Origin: Armatimonadota bacterium
Lineage (GTDB): Bacteria; Sysuimicrobiota; Sysuimicrobiia; Sysuimicrobiales; Humicultoraceae
Direction: 5' to 3'
Length of the DNA stretch: 25,721 nt
NCBI GenBank assembly: GCA_037446215.1
Contig: JBBIJB010000032.1
Coordinates: 1 to 25,721, forward strand
The notes under the pieces are model-generated. The model saw only the letters and a list, made by a program, of their open reading frames with translations, was not told the origin of the DNA and made no database searches. The position numbers were made by a program, and so were the translations under genes. Each line of letters starts with the position of its first letter. Position 1 is the first letter of the stretch. This document shows, one piece after another, positions 1 to 10,055 of the stretch.

Positions 1-1
1 C

Positions 2-76
2 TGGAGGCGGCGGCCGGATTCGAACCGGCGTATGGGGGTTTTGCAGACCCCTGCCTTGCCTCTTGGCTACGCCGCC
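2..76 (-). tRNA. tRNA-Cys (GCA)
   Basis: Reverse complement GGCGGCGTAGCCAAGAGGCAAGGCAGGGGTCTGCAAAACCCCCATACGCCGGTTCGAATCCGGCCGCCGCCTCCA: acceptor stem, anticodon GCA, GTTCGAATC T-loop, U discriminator, encoded CCA. Confidence 0.96.
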
Positions 77-104
77 CCGCGCCCTACGGGAAAACGGTAC
101 CGAC

Positions 105-179
105 TGGAGCGGGAGATGGGACTTGAACCCACGGCCTTCTCCTTGGCAAGGAGACGCTCTACCTCTGAGCTACTCCCGC
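105..179 (-). tRNA. tRNA-Gly (GCC)
   Basis: Reverse complement GCGGGAGTAGCTCAGAGGTAGAGCGTCTCCTTGCCAAGGAGAAGGCCGTGGGTTCAAGTCCCATCTCCCGCTCCA: cloverleaf, anticodon GCC, encoded CCA. Confidence 0.96.
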
Positions 180-199
180 CCGACAGCAGTCGTATCCCG

Positions 200-228
200 A
201 TTATAACGACGCGCCTACGTCAAGTCCA
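200..228 (-). promoter_or_regulatory. sigma70-type promoter of tRNA-Gly/Cys pair
   Basis: Minus strand TGGACT (228-223), 17 nt spacer, perfect TATAAT (205-200), 20 nt upstream of mature tRNA-Gly. Confidence 0.65.
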
Positions 229-1293
229 GAAGCGCCTCCGCTCTCTGAGAAGCACCACCAGGAAGAACGGCGCGCCGAGCGCCGCCGTCAAGATGCCCAC
301 CGGAAGCTCGGCCCCTCCGGGCGCCGAGCGTGCGGCCAGATCGGCCACGAGCAGCAGGATCGCTCCGCCCAGGACCGAGGCCAGCAGCAGCCTCCTGTTA
401 TCTGGGCCCACGACCAGCCTCATCAGGTGGGGCACGATCAGGCCGACAAACCCTATCAAGCCGGCCGAGGCCACCGCCGCCGCGGCCATCATGCCTCCGG
501 CCCCGACCAGCAGCAGCCTGGCCGTCGCCACCGAGACGCCCATCGAGCGGGCGCTCTCGTCGCCTAGCATCAGCAGGTTGAGATCGCGCCCGAACAGCCA
601 CGCCAGGCAGATCCCGGCTGCCACGATGGGAGCCGCCATCGCCAGGTGCGGCCAGCTCCTGCCCGAGAGGCCTCCCATGAGCCAGAAGAGCACCCTCTGC
701 AGGCTCTCCCCTCCGGAGATCTGCATCCACGACACGACCGCGGCGAGGAAGGCGCTGACCGCGATCCCGGCTAAGATGAGGTCCTCGACCGGCGCGTCGC
801 TGCCCCGGCGCGCCAGCCCGTAGACCAGCGCCATGGCTCCGACCGCGCCTGCGAAGGCAAACAGCGGGATGGTCACCATTCCCAGGGCGCCTGCGCCCAG
901 GCCCGCGGTTATCGCGAGGGTGGCCCCGAACGCGGCACCCGCCGAGACGCCGATTATGAGCGGATCAGCGAGCGGGTTTCGCAGTAACCCCTGGAAGACC
1001 GTCCCGGAACCGGCCAGCCCGGCACCCACGGTCAAGGCAAGGAGCGCCCGGGGCACGCGAAGATCCCACACTATCGCGGACGCGGCCTCCGACCACGAGC
1101 CCCACTGGGGGAGTCCTATTCCCGCGGCAAGGACCCCGACCACCGTCACCAGAGGGATCCTCGCGGGTCCGGTCGCAATCGAGAAGCCCAGGGCGACCAG
1201 AAGCGCGGCAAGCATCGCCGCCTCGAGGTAGGGCCTCCGGCGGCCTCCGAAGGCGGCGGGCCGCACGTCGGGGCCCGGCGGCGCAGGACTCAC
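220..1293 (-). CDS. FecCD/BtuC-family iron-chelate/cobalamin ABC importer permease
   Basis: Motifs LRVPRALL, QGLLRNPLADP..IGVSAGA, LGDESARSMGV (EAA-like loop), GLIGFVGLIVPH, ELPVGILTAALGAPFF. Start placed at GTG 1293 (GTGA overlap with the upstream stop) rather than 1470. Confidence 0.9.
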   Translation of the reverse strand: MSPAPPGPDVRPAAFGGRRRPYLEAAMLAALLVALGFSIATGPARIPLVTVVGVLAAGIGLPQWGSWSEAASAIVWDLRVPRALLALTVGAGLAGSGTVFQGLLRNPLADPLIIGVSAGAAFGATLAITAGLGAGALGMVTIPLFAFAGAVGAMALVYGLARRGSDAPVEDLILAGIAVSAFLAAVVSWMQISGGESLQRVLFWLMGGLSGRSWPHLAMAAPIVAAGICLAWLFGRDLNLLMLGDESARSMGVSVATARLLLVGAGGMMAAAAVASAGLIGFVGLIVPHLMRLVVGPDNRRLLLASVLGGAILLLVADLAARSAPGGAELPVGILTAALGAPFFLVVLLRERRRFWT

Positions 1294-2120
1294 GGAAGCG
1301 CCCCGACCTCGTCTGCGGCCGCGAGCGAGCGACCGGTCAGTGAGAGGAAGGCATCCTCGAGGGTGAGGCCTCTGCCGGCAGATCGCGCGGTGCGGGAGCG
1401 CTCCTTCAGCACCTCTGTCGGGCCCTCTGCGATCAGCCGTCCCCGGTCCAGGATCGCGACGGCAGAGCACAGCCGGTCTGCCTCCTCCATGTTGTGGGTC
1501 GCCATCAGCACCGTCCGGCCGCCGCCGGCCATCGCGCCGAGCAGCGCCCGCACCTCAACGGCCGCGTGGGGATCGAGCCCGGCCGTCGGCTCGTCCAGGA
1601 CCAGGAGGGGAGGGTCATGCACTATCGCGCGGGCCAGGGCCAGGCGCTGCCTCATCCCGCTGCTGTATCTCTCGACCAGGTCGTCGCACCTCTCAAGCAG
1701 GCCCACCTGTCCGAGCACCTCCTCGGCGCGCCTCCCTGCGACTCCCCCTGGGAGGTCGTGCAGCGACGCCGCGTAGAGCAGGTTCTCACGCCCGGTGAGG
1801 CGCCAATAGACCGACCTCTCTCCTCCGAGCACCAGGCCGACGGACCGCCTCACCCTATCGGGATGGCGGAGGGCGTCTATGCCCAGGACCGAAACCCTCC
1901 CCTCGGAAGGCGGTAGGATCGTGCTGACCAGCCTGAGCAGCGTGGTCTTGCCCGCGCCGTTGGGTCCGAGCAGGCCGTAGATCCCGCCCGCAGGCACCGA
2001 GAGCGACAGGCCGGAGAGCGCCACCACCTCTCCCTTCTGGGCCCCGCTCCGCGCCTGGAATCGCCGGGTGACACCCTCCAACTCCACCGCGGGGGAGGCT
2101 TTGGCTCTCTCGGCGGTCAC
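1290..2120 (-). CDS. ABC transporter ATP-binding protein (ABC-2/NatA/DrrA-like exporter type)
   Basis: Walker A GPNGAGKTT, signature YSSGMRQRL, Walker B LVLDEPTAGLD, ATHNMEEA, C-terminal TLEDAFLSLT typical of ABC-2 ATPases. GTGA overlap with the upstream gene. Confidence 0.9.
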   Translation of the reverse strand: MTAERAKASPAVELEGVTRRFQARSGAQKGEVVALSGLSLSVPAGGIYGLLGPNGAGKTTLLRLVSTILPPSEGRVSVLGIDALRHPDRVRRSVGLVLGGERSVYWRLTGRENLLYAASLHDLPGGVAGRRAEEVLGQVGLLERCDDLVERYSSGMRQRLALARAIVHDPPLLVLDEPTAGLDPHAAVEVRALLGAMAGGGRTVLMATHNMEEADRLCSAVAILDRGRLIAEGPTEVLKERSRTARSAGRGLTLEDAFLSLTGRSLAAADEVGALP

Positions 2121-2878
2121 GACCGGGTGCTCCTGGCCCGGACCGCCTCCATCGCTCCCTCGGCATCGAGCAGCCGCTCCTTCAGTGCGACGCCGCCGCG
2201 CAGCGAGTAGCCGCCGAGGCCCCCGTCGCTACGGACCACCCGGTGGCACGGGATGAGGAGCGGCAGGGGGTTCCTTGCGCAGGCGGCTCCCACCGCCCTG
2301 GCCGCCCCTGCCTGGCCCACCGAGCGCGCCACCTCCCCGTAGGTCCTGACCTCGCCCCGCGGTATCCGTCGGAGCTCGGCGAGCACCTCCTTCTCGAAGG
2401 GACCGACGCGAGAGAGGTCGAGGGGGCCGGCGAATCCGGCGCCGCCGCCGAGGACCCGGGACACCTCCCTGGCCATCTCCGGGGGCGCGGACGAGGCCGT
2501 CACCATCCGCCCGAGGTAGCGCGACGCCTCCCTCTCGAACTCCTCCTTCGATCGTGACACGCGGGCGAACGCCGGCCCCCCAGGGCCGAACGCCACGTAG
2601 AGGGTGCCGAAGGGCTGGCGAAACGCCGCGTACTCGAAGCGGGCGGCTCCGCCCATTCCCTTGCGAACCCCGCGGGCAGGAGTGACCGCCTCCCGCGCCC
2701 CGGCGACGCAGGCGGCCAGGGCCGCCAGCCCGCCGCCAAAGAGATCGCCCTCGGGCAGCCCGACGATCGCGGCAACGGGCCTGCCGTGGCGGGTCACCAC
2801 CACGGGCTCTCCCGACTGCGCGGCGCGCAACATCTCGCTGGTGCGGTTCTTGAGATCGGCGGTCGAGGCCAGCCTCAT
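2117..2878 (-). CDS. ogt: Phd/YefM antitoxin-like domain fused to methylated-DNA-protein-cysteine S-methyltransferase (Ogt/MGMT)
   Basis: N-terminus MRLASTADLKNRTSEMLRAAQSGEPVVVTRHGRPVAAIV has the Phd/YefM pattern. C-terminus IPRGEVRTYGEVA..AARAVGAACARNPLPLLIPCHRVV..DGGLGGY has the active-site PCHRV. GGAGG RBS 6 nt before ATG 2878. Confidence 0.88.
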   Translation of the reverse strand: MRLASTADLKNRTSEMLRAAQSGEPVVVTRHGRPVAAIVGLPEGDLFGGGLAALAACVAGAREAVTPARGVRKGMGGAARFEYAAFRQPFGTLYVAFGPGGPAFARVSRSKEEFEREASRYLGRMVTASSAPPEMAREVSRVLGGGAGFAGPLDLSRVGPFEKEVLAELRRIPRGEVRTYGEVARSVGQAGAARAVGAACARNPLPLLIPCHRVVRSDGGLGGYSLRGGVALKERLLDAEGAMEAVRARSTRS

Positions 2879-2920
2879 CGCGATCCTCCAGGAGGCCATA
2901 GAGCGGGGGCGCAGGGCCGC

Positions 2921-2976
2921 CTACTATATGGCCATTATTATGGCTATATGGTAGACGCACCGGGGCCGAGAGTCAA
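2921..2976 (-). promoter_or_regulatory. sigma70 promoter with overlapping palindromic operator for phd-ogt
   Basis: TTGACT (2976-2971), 17 nt, TACCAT (2953-2948). ATGGCCAT (2928-2935) and ATGGCTAT (2940-2947) are 12 bp apart, within an imperfect inverted repeat 2921-2954 (13/15 bp). Confidence 0.7.
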
Positions 2977-4883
2977 GCAGGGCCTTCCCCGCCCTTCTCC
3001 CTGCGGTCCTCGACACCTCCGGGAGCCTCGGGGAGCGGCCTCGCCGCCAGGTGCGCGGCGATCCGCCGGGCAAGCGCGGCCCCGACGACCTCCGCGAGCG
3101 CCTCGGGAGAAGCGGCACGCACGCCCCTCACAGAGCCGAACCGCCTTATCAGGTCACGCTTGCGGCGCTCGCCCACCCCCGGTATCTCTTCGAGCTCGGA
3201 GAATACGATCCGCCGCTCGCGGAGCCGCTGCCCCGCACCGCTTGCGAACCGGTGGGCCTCATCTCGAACTCGCTGCAGCAGATGGAGCGCCCGCGAGTCG
3301 GGCGGCAGCCTGAGCGGATCGGGCCGGGAGGCCATGAACACCTCCTCCTGCGCCTTGGCCATCGCGGCCGCCTGCACCGCAACGTTCCCTTCGAACAGCA
3401 CCTCCAGGGCGACGCCCAGCTGCCCTCTCCCTCCGTCGATGAGGATCAGGTCCGGCAGCACCGACCACCTGGGGGGAACGACCTCGCCGGCGTCCAGCCG
3501 CTCCTGCTCGGCGCGCGCCCGCCCAAACCTCCGGCGCAGGACCTCACCCAGCATCGCGTAGTCGTCCCCGCCGCCGGACGAGCGCATCCTGAACTGCCGG
3601 TAGGCCGACCTCTGCGGCCTCCCGCCCTCGAAGACCACCATCGCACCTACCGCCTCGCCCGCGCGGAAGTGGCTGACATCGTACCCCTCTATCCTGAAGG
3701 GAGGCGCCTCGAGGCGGAGCGCCTCCGCCAGCTCGGCCACGCCCAGGCCGGCCGGGCCGGCGGCGCGGGCTCGCGCCTGCTCCAGGTAGAGTCCGGCGTT
3801 CTCACGCGCGAGCTCGACCAACCTGCGCCGCTCGCCCCGCTTCGGCACGATGACCTCCACCCTCCTGCCCCGGCGATCGGAGAGCCACTCCTCGAGCAGT
3901 GCCTGATCGGGCATCTCCTCACCGCAGATGATCTCGCCGGGGGGCTGCGACGCCTCCGCGTAGTGGCGGGCGAGCACCTGAGAGAGGATCTCTCCGGGCT
4001 CCAGGCCGCCGACACCGGAGAGCAGGAAGTGCTGCTGATCCTGGATTCGGCCCGCGCGTATCGTGATCAACTCGGCGCATGCGGCCTCGCCGCCGACGGC
4101 GATCGCGGCGACATCCCGGTCCTCCAGGCGAGCGGTGGCCACACGCTGGGGCTCGCCGATCGCCTCCAGCGCCTGGATCTGATCCCTCAGTACCGCCGCG
4201 CGCTCGAACTCCATCGAGCCCGCGGCGGCCTGCATCTCGCCGCGCAGCTTCCCCAGCAGGTCGCCACGGCGCCCCTCCAGGAACAGGGCCGCCCGGGCCG
4301 CCTGCTCCGAGTACTCCTCCGGCGAGGCCCCCCACGCCACGCACGGGGCGGAGCAGAGTCCGATTCCGAAGTCCAGGCATGGGCGCTCCAGGTCCCGCCT
4401 GATCTCGATGCGGCAGGTGCGCAACCGGAAGAGCCTGCGCATGGTGCGGATCGTCCTCCCGACCAACTTGGGCTCGTGGTAGGGGTAGGGTCCGAAGTAC
4501 CGGCCTCCGTCGCGCAGGACCTTCCTGGTCATGACGATCCGCGGATACGGCTCAGGGGTCAGCTTGATGTAGGGGTAGGCCTTGTCGTCGGCCATGCGTA
4601 CGTTGTAGAGCGGCTGGTGCTGCTTGATCAGCTCGGTCTCGAGTATCAGGGCCTCCACCTCGTTGGAGGTGACCACCGTGTCTATCCGGGCTATCCTGGG
4701 CAGCAGCCGCGAGAGCCGTGGGTTCGCGCGGGACTGGGCGTCCTGGAAATACTGGCCCACGCGGGCCCTCAGCGACGCCGCCTTGCCGACGTATAGGACC
4801 CGCTCCGCGGCGTCCCTGAAGAGGTAGACCCCTGGGCGGCGAGGCAGCCTCCTGGCGATCTCCCTGGGGGGCTCCGCCTCCAC
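2973..4883 (-). CDS. uvrC: Excinuclease ABC subunit C
   Basis: GIY-YIG (PGVYLF..YVGKA..LRARV), EALILE..LIK..P.YN, Cys-rich region, UVR domain, RIEGYDVSH, PDLILIDGGRGQL, RDEAHRFA, HhH (IPGVGE). Start GTG 4883, just after the uvrA stop, is inferred. Confidence 0.95.
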   Translation of the reverse strand: MEAEPPREIARRLPRRPGVYLFRDAAERVLYVGKAASLRARVGQYFQDAQSRANPRLSRLLPRIARIDTVVTSNEVEALILETELIKQHQPLYNVRMADDKAYPYIKLTPEPYPRIVMTRKVLRDGGRYFGPYPYHEPKLVGRTIRTMRRLFRLRTCRIEIRRDLERPCLDFGIGLCSAPCVAWGASPEEYSEQAARAALFLEGRRGDLLGKLRGEMQAAAGSMEFERAAVLRDQIQALEAIGEPQRVATARLEDRDVAAIAVGGEAACAELITIRAGRIQDQQHFLLSGVGGLEPGEILSQVLARHYAEASQPPGEIICGEEMPDQALLEEWLSDRRGRRVEVIVPKRGERRRLVELARENAGLYLEQARARAAGPAGLGVAELAEALRLEAPPFRIEGYDVSHFRAGEAVGAMVVFEGGRPQRSAYRQFRMRSSGGGDDYAMLGEVLRRRFGRARAEQERLDAGEVVPPRWSVLPDLILIDGGRGQLGVALEVLFEGNVAVQAAAMAKAQEEVFMASRPDPLRLPPDSRALHLLQRVRDEAHRFASGAGQRLRERRIVFSELEEIPGVGERRKRDLIRRFGSVRGVRAASPEALAEVVGAALARRIAAHLAARPLPEAPGGVEDRREKGGEGPA

Positions 4884-4888
4884 GGTGC

Positions 4889-7744
4889 CTAGCGCCTCCG
4901 GCCACGCCGAGGGGTGCCGGATCCGGGAGCTGGCGGGAGGACCTTCCTGAGGAACTGCCCTGTGTGTGAACGCCCCTCTCGGCAGAGATCCTCGGGCGTG
5001 CCCTCCGCGACGACCGTGCCCCCGCACTCGCCCCCTTCGGGCCCCAGGTCGACTATCCAGTCCGCCGTCTTTATCACGTCCAGGTTGTGCTCGATCACGA
5101 TTACCGTGTTGCCCCCGTCCACGAGCCTGTGGAGGACTCCCAGCAGCCGCTCCACGTCGGCGAAGTGAAGCCCCACGGTGGGCTCGTCCAGTATGTAGAC
5201 CGTACGCCCTGTTCCGCGCCGCGACAGCTCGGTGGCGAGCTTGACCCTCTGGGCCTCACCTCCCGACAGCGTCGTCGCGGGCTGGCCGAGCCTCGCGTAG
5301 CCCAACCCGACGTCGTCAAGCGTCTGCAGCTTGCGGCGTATCCTGGGGATCGCCTCGAAGAAGACCAGCGCCTCGCTCACCGTCATCCCCAGCACGTCGC
5401 TGATGGACTTGCCGCGATAGGTCACTTCCAGGGTCTCCCTGTTGTAGCGGCTGCCCTTGCATATCTCGCACGGCACGTAGACGTCGGGCAGGAAATGCAT
5501 CTCTATTCGGACAATCCCGTCGCCCTCGCACGCCTCGCACCGCCCACCGCGGACGTTGAATGAAAACCGGCCGGGGCCGTATCCCCTCACCTTCGCCTCG
5601 GAGGTCATGGCGAACAACTCGCGGATCAGGTCGAAGGTCTTGGTGTAGGTGGCCGGGTTGCTCCGCGGAGTCCTCCCGATGGGGGATTGGTCTATCTCGA
5701 TCACCTTGTCGATGTGCTCGAGCCCCTCGACCCTGTCGTGCGCCCCGGGCCTCACGCGGCTGCCGTGCAGGTGGCCGACGAGCGCCCTGTAGAGGATCTC
5801 GTCCACCAGGGTGGACTTCCCGGAGCCGGAGACGCCTGTGATCGCGACGAAGTTGGCGAGCGGGATACGCACGTCGATGCCGCGCAGGTTGTGCTGGCGC
5901 GCCCCTCTCACGACCAGCGCGCGCCCGCTCCCGGCCCTCCTGGCCGCCGGTACCTCGATCCGCCTCCGCCCGGATAGATACTGCCCCGTGATCGAGCCCG
6001 GGTGCGCGGATATGCTCCTGGGAGGGCCGGCCACGACTATGTGCCCTCCCTCGGCGCCCGCGCCGGGGCCTATGTCGACAACCCAGTCGGCGGAGCGGAT
6101 CGTCTCCTCGTCGTGCTCGACCACCAGGATCGTGTTTCCGAGGTCTCTCAGCCCCATCAGCGTCTCAATCAGGCGGTGGTTGTCACGTTGGTGGAGTCCG
6201 ATGCTGGGCTCGTCGAGGACGTAGAGCACACCCACGAGCCCGCTCCCTATCTGGGTGGCCAGGCGGATCCGCTGCGCCTCCCCGCCCGAGAGCGTGTTTG
6301 CCGTGCGGTCGAGCGAGAGGTAGTCGAGCCCCACGTTGACCATGAAGCTCAGCCGGGCTCGGATCTCCTTCAGGATCTGGTTTGCTATCAGGCGCTCTCG
6401 CTCGGAGAGGCCTATCGAGGAGAAGAACTCGAGCGCCTGCCGAACGGTCATGGCCGTGGCCTGCGCTATGTTCTTCCCTCCCACGCGCACGCTCAGCGTG
6501 GTCGGCTTCAGCCTGGTGCCGCCGCAGTCGGGGCACGGAAGGCTGGTCATGTACTGCTCGATCTCCTCACGCACGTACTCGGAGTCAGTGTCCTTGTAGC
6601 GCCGGTCGAGGTGGCGCAGCACGCCCTCAAACGGCGTCTCGTAGCTGCGCTGCACGCCCCACTTGTTGTGGTAGCGGACGCGGATGGGCTCCTCGGACCC
6701 GTTGAGCAGCACGTCCACGAGCGCCTTGGGAAGGCGCCTCACGGGCGTCTTCATGTCCACCTTGAAATGCGCGGCCAGCGATGAGAGGAGCTCCTGGTAG
6801 TAGTCGCTGGTGGACGCGGCCCACGGCACGACCGCGCCGTCCAGCAGGCTCTTGTCGCGATCCAGGACCAGATCGGCGTCGATCTCCTGCCTGGACCCCA
6901 GGCCGGTGCACGTTGGGCAGGCCCCGTAGGGGCTGTTGAACGAGAAGGCGCGCGGTTCCACCTCCGGCAGGCTCACCCCGCACTCCGGGCACGCGAACTG
7001 CTGGCTGAAGACGAGCGTCTCCCGCGGGGCCACGTCCACGTAGACGACCCCGCCCCCGAGCTTGAGCGCCGTCTCCACGGAGTCGGCCAGGCGGGAGCGA
7101 ACGTCCGCTCCGATCACCAGGCGGTCCACCACGACCTCGATGCTGTGCTTCCGGTTCTTGTCGAGGGGGATCTCCTCCGACAGGTCGTAGACGATGCCGT
7201 CCGCCCTCACCCTCGCGAACCCCTGCCTTCGCAGGTCGTCGAACAGCTGCCTGTACTCCCCTTTGCGTCCCCTGACTATGGGGCCGAGGATCTGCACCCG
7301 CGTCCCGGCCTCGAGGTCGAGGACGCGATCCACGATCTGCTCGCGGCTCTGCCGGGTAATGGGCCTGTCGCACTGCGGGCAGTGGGGCTGACCCACGCGC
7401 GCATAGAGCAGCCTTAGGTAGTCGTAGATCTCGGTGACAGTGCCGACGGTCGAGCGCGGGTTTCTGGGCGCGCCCTTCTGGTCTATCGAGACCGCGGGCG
7501 ACAGGCCGTCGATCCCGTCCACATCGGGCTTCTCCATCAGCCCGAGGAACTGGCGCGCGTAGGCGGAGAGGGACTCCACGTACTTGCGCTGTCCCTCCGC
7601 GTAGATCGTGTCGAAGGCGAGCGAGGACTTCCCCGAGCCCGAGATCCCGGTCAGCACGACGAAACGGTCGCGCGGTATCTCGACGGTCACGTTCTTGAGG
7701 TTGTGCTCTCGGGCGCCCCTGACTACTATCCGATCGGTCGGCAT
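4889..7744 (-). CDS. uvrA: Excinuclease ABC subunit A
   Basis: [34 protein letters not shown], two LSGGEAQR signatures, zinc fingers, second Walker [10 protein letters not shown]. Start ATG 7744 (MPTDRI). Confidence 0.97.
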   Translation of the reverse strand: MPTDRIVVRGAREHNLKNVTVEIPRDRFVVLTGISGSGKSSLAFDTIYAEGQRKYVESLSAYARQFLGLMEKPDVDGIDGLSPAVSIDQKGAPRNPRSTVGTVTEIYDYLRLLYARVGQPHCPQCDRPITRQSREQIVDRVLDLEAGTRVQILGPIVRGRKGEYRQLFDDLRRQGFARVRADGIVYDLSEEIPLDKNRKHSIEVVVDRLVIGADVRSRLADSVETALKLGGGVVYVDVAPRETLVFSQQFACPECGVSLPEVEPRAFSFNSPYGACPTCTGLGSRQEIDADLVLDRDKSLLDGAVVPWAASTSDYYQELLSSLAAHFKVDMKTPVRRLPKALVDVLLNGSEEPIRVRYHNKWGVQRSYETPFEGVLRHLDRRYKDTDSEYVREEIEQYMTSLPCPDCGGTRLKPTTLSVRVGGKNIAQATAMTVRQALEFFSSIGLSERERLIANQILKEIRARLSFMVNVGLDYLSLDRTANTLSGGEAQRIRLATQIGSGLVGVLYVLDEPSIGLHQRDNHRLIETLMGLRDLGNTILVVEHDEETIRSADWVVDIGPGAGAEGGHIVVAGPPRSISAHPGSITGQYLSGRRRIEVPAARRAGSGRALVVRGARQHNLRGIDVRIPLANFVAITGVSGSGKSTLVDEILYRALVGHLHGSRVRPGAHDRVEGLEHIDKVIEIDQSPIGRTPRSNPATYTKTFDLIRELFAMTSEAKVRGYGPGRFSFNVRGGRCEACEGDGIVRIEMHFLPDVYVPCEICKGSRYNRETLEVTYRGKSISDVLGMTVSEALVFFEAIPRIRRKLQTLDDVGLGYARLGQPATTLSGGEAQRVKLATELSRRGTGRTVYILDEPTVGLHFADVERLLGVLHRLVDGGNTVIVIEHNLDVIKTADWIVDLGPEGGECGGTVVAEGTPEDLCREGRSHTGQFLRKVLPPAPGSGTPRRGRRR

Positions 7745-7794
7745 CTGCGTGCGCCTCTTGCCCTGACCCGGGGTCGCATCCCGGGCCGGCGAGT

Positions 7795-9951
<2,157 letters not shown>

Positions 9952-9957
9952 ACAGAC

Positions 9958-9966
9958 AGTATATCA
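9958..9966 (-). promoter_or_regulatory. extended -10 promoter of uvrB (probably leaderless)
   Basis: Minus strand TGaTATACT, then 6 nt (GTCTGT), then ATG; no SD sequence. Confidence 0.65.
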
Positions 9967-10001
9967 AGCGGACCGGCGCCGGTTCCACGGACGGGGAGAT
10001 G

Positions 10002-10033
10002 CCGTGAGCCGGGGCAGGTGCCCCGGCTCACGG
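10002..10033. terminator. perfect GC-rich inverted repeat; probable terminator after the stalk-domain gene
   Basis: CCGTGAGCCGGGGCA-gg-TGCCCCGGCTCACGG (15-bp arms), 22 nt past the stop at 10056. A T-rich tail (TTCTTGT) exists only on the + strand. Confidence 0.6.
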
Positions 10034-10055
10034 TTCTTGTCCGGCCGGCCCCATC

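Noticed and set aside
1..179. Prophage or island attachment at the tRNAs
   Set aside because: No integrase, duplicated tRNA end or compositional shift in the window; sequence beyond position 1 is not visible.
218..223. TTGACG as the -35 of the tRNA promoter
   Set aside because: Only 12 nt from TATAAT; TGGACT at 17 nt fits the geometry.
32..823. 263-aa + strand ORF
   Set aside because: Runs antisense across two tRNAs and the permease; no family motifs.
1294..1470. N-terminal ORF extensions of the permease (likewise uvrC to 5027, uvrA to 8062, polA to 15555, gatB to 24826)
   Set aside because: They overlap upstream genes and are low-complexity; better starts with an RBS or GTGA coupling exist downstream.
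2879..2972. Small toxin gene or cobalamin riboswitch upstream of the phd-ogt/ABC operon
   Set aside because: Only 94 nt and occupied by promoter, operator and RBS; no riboswitch motifs and no plausible ORF.
3051..4796. 581-aa + strand ORF, and similar long shadow ORFs at 8134-9270, 11370-13073, 18870-20081 and 23108-24736
   Set aside because: Antisense to well-supported genes; long stop-free shadow frames are expected in high-GC DNA.
7745..7794. Possible hairpin (CCCGGG..CCCGGG) between uvrB and uvrA
   Set aside because: Short GC-only stem with no U tract; likely chance.
9981..9986. GGAACC as an ECF -35 for uvrB
   Set aside because: No CGT-type -10 at 16-17 nt; the sigma70 extended -10 explains the promoter.
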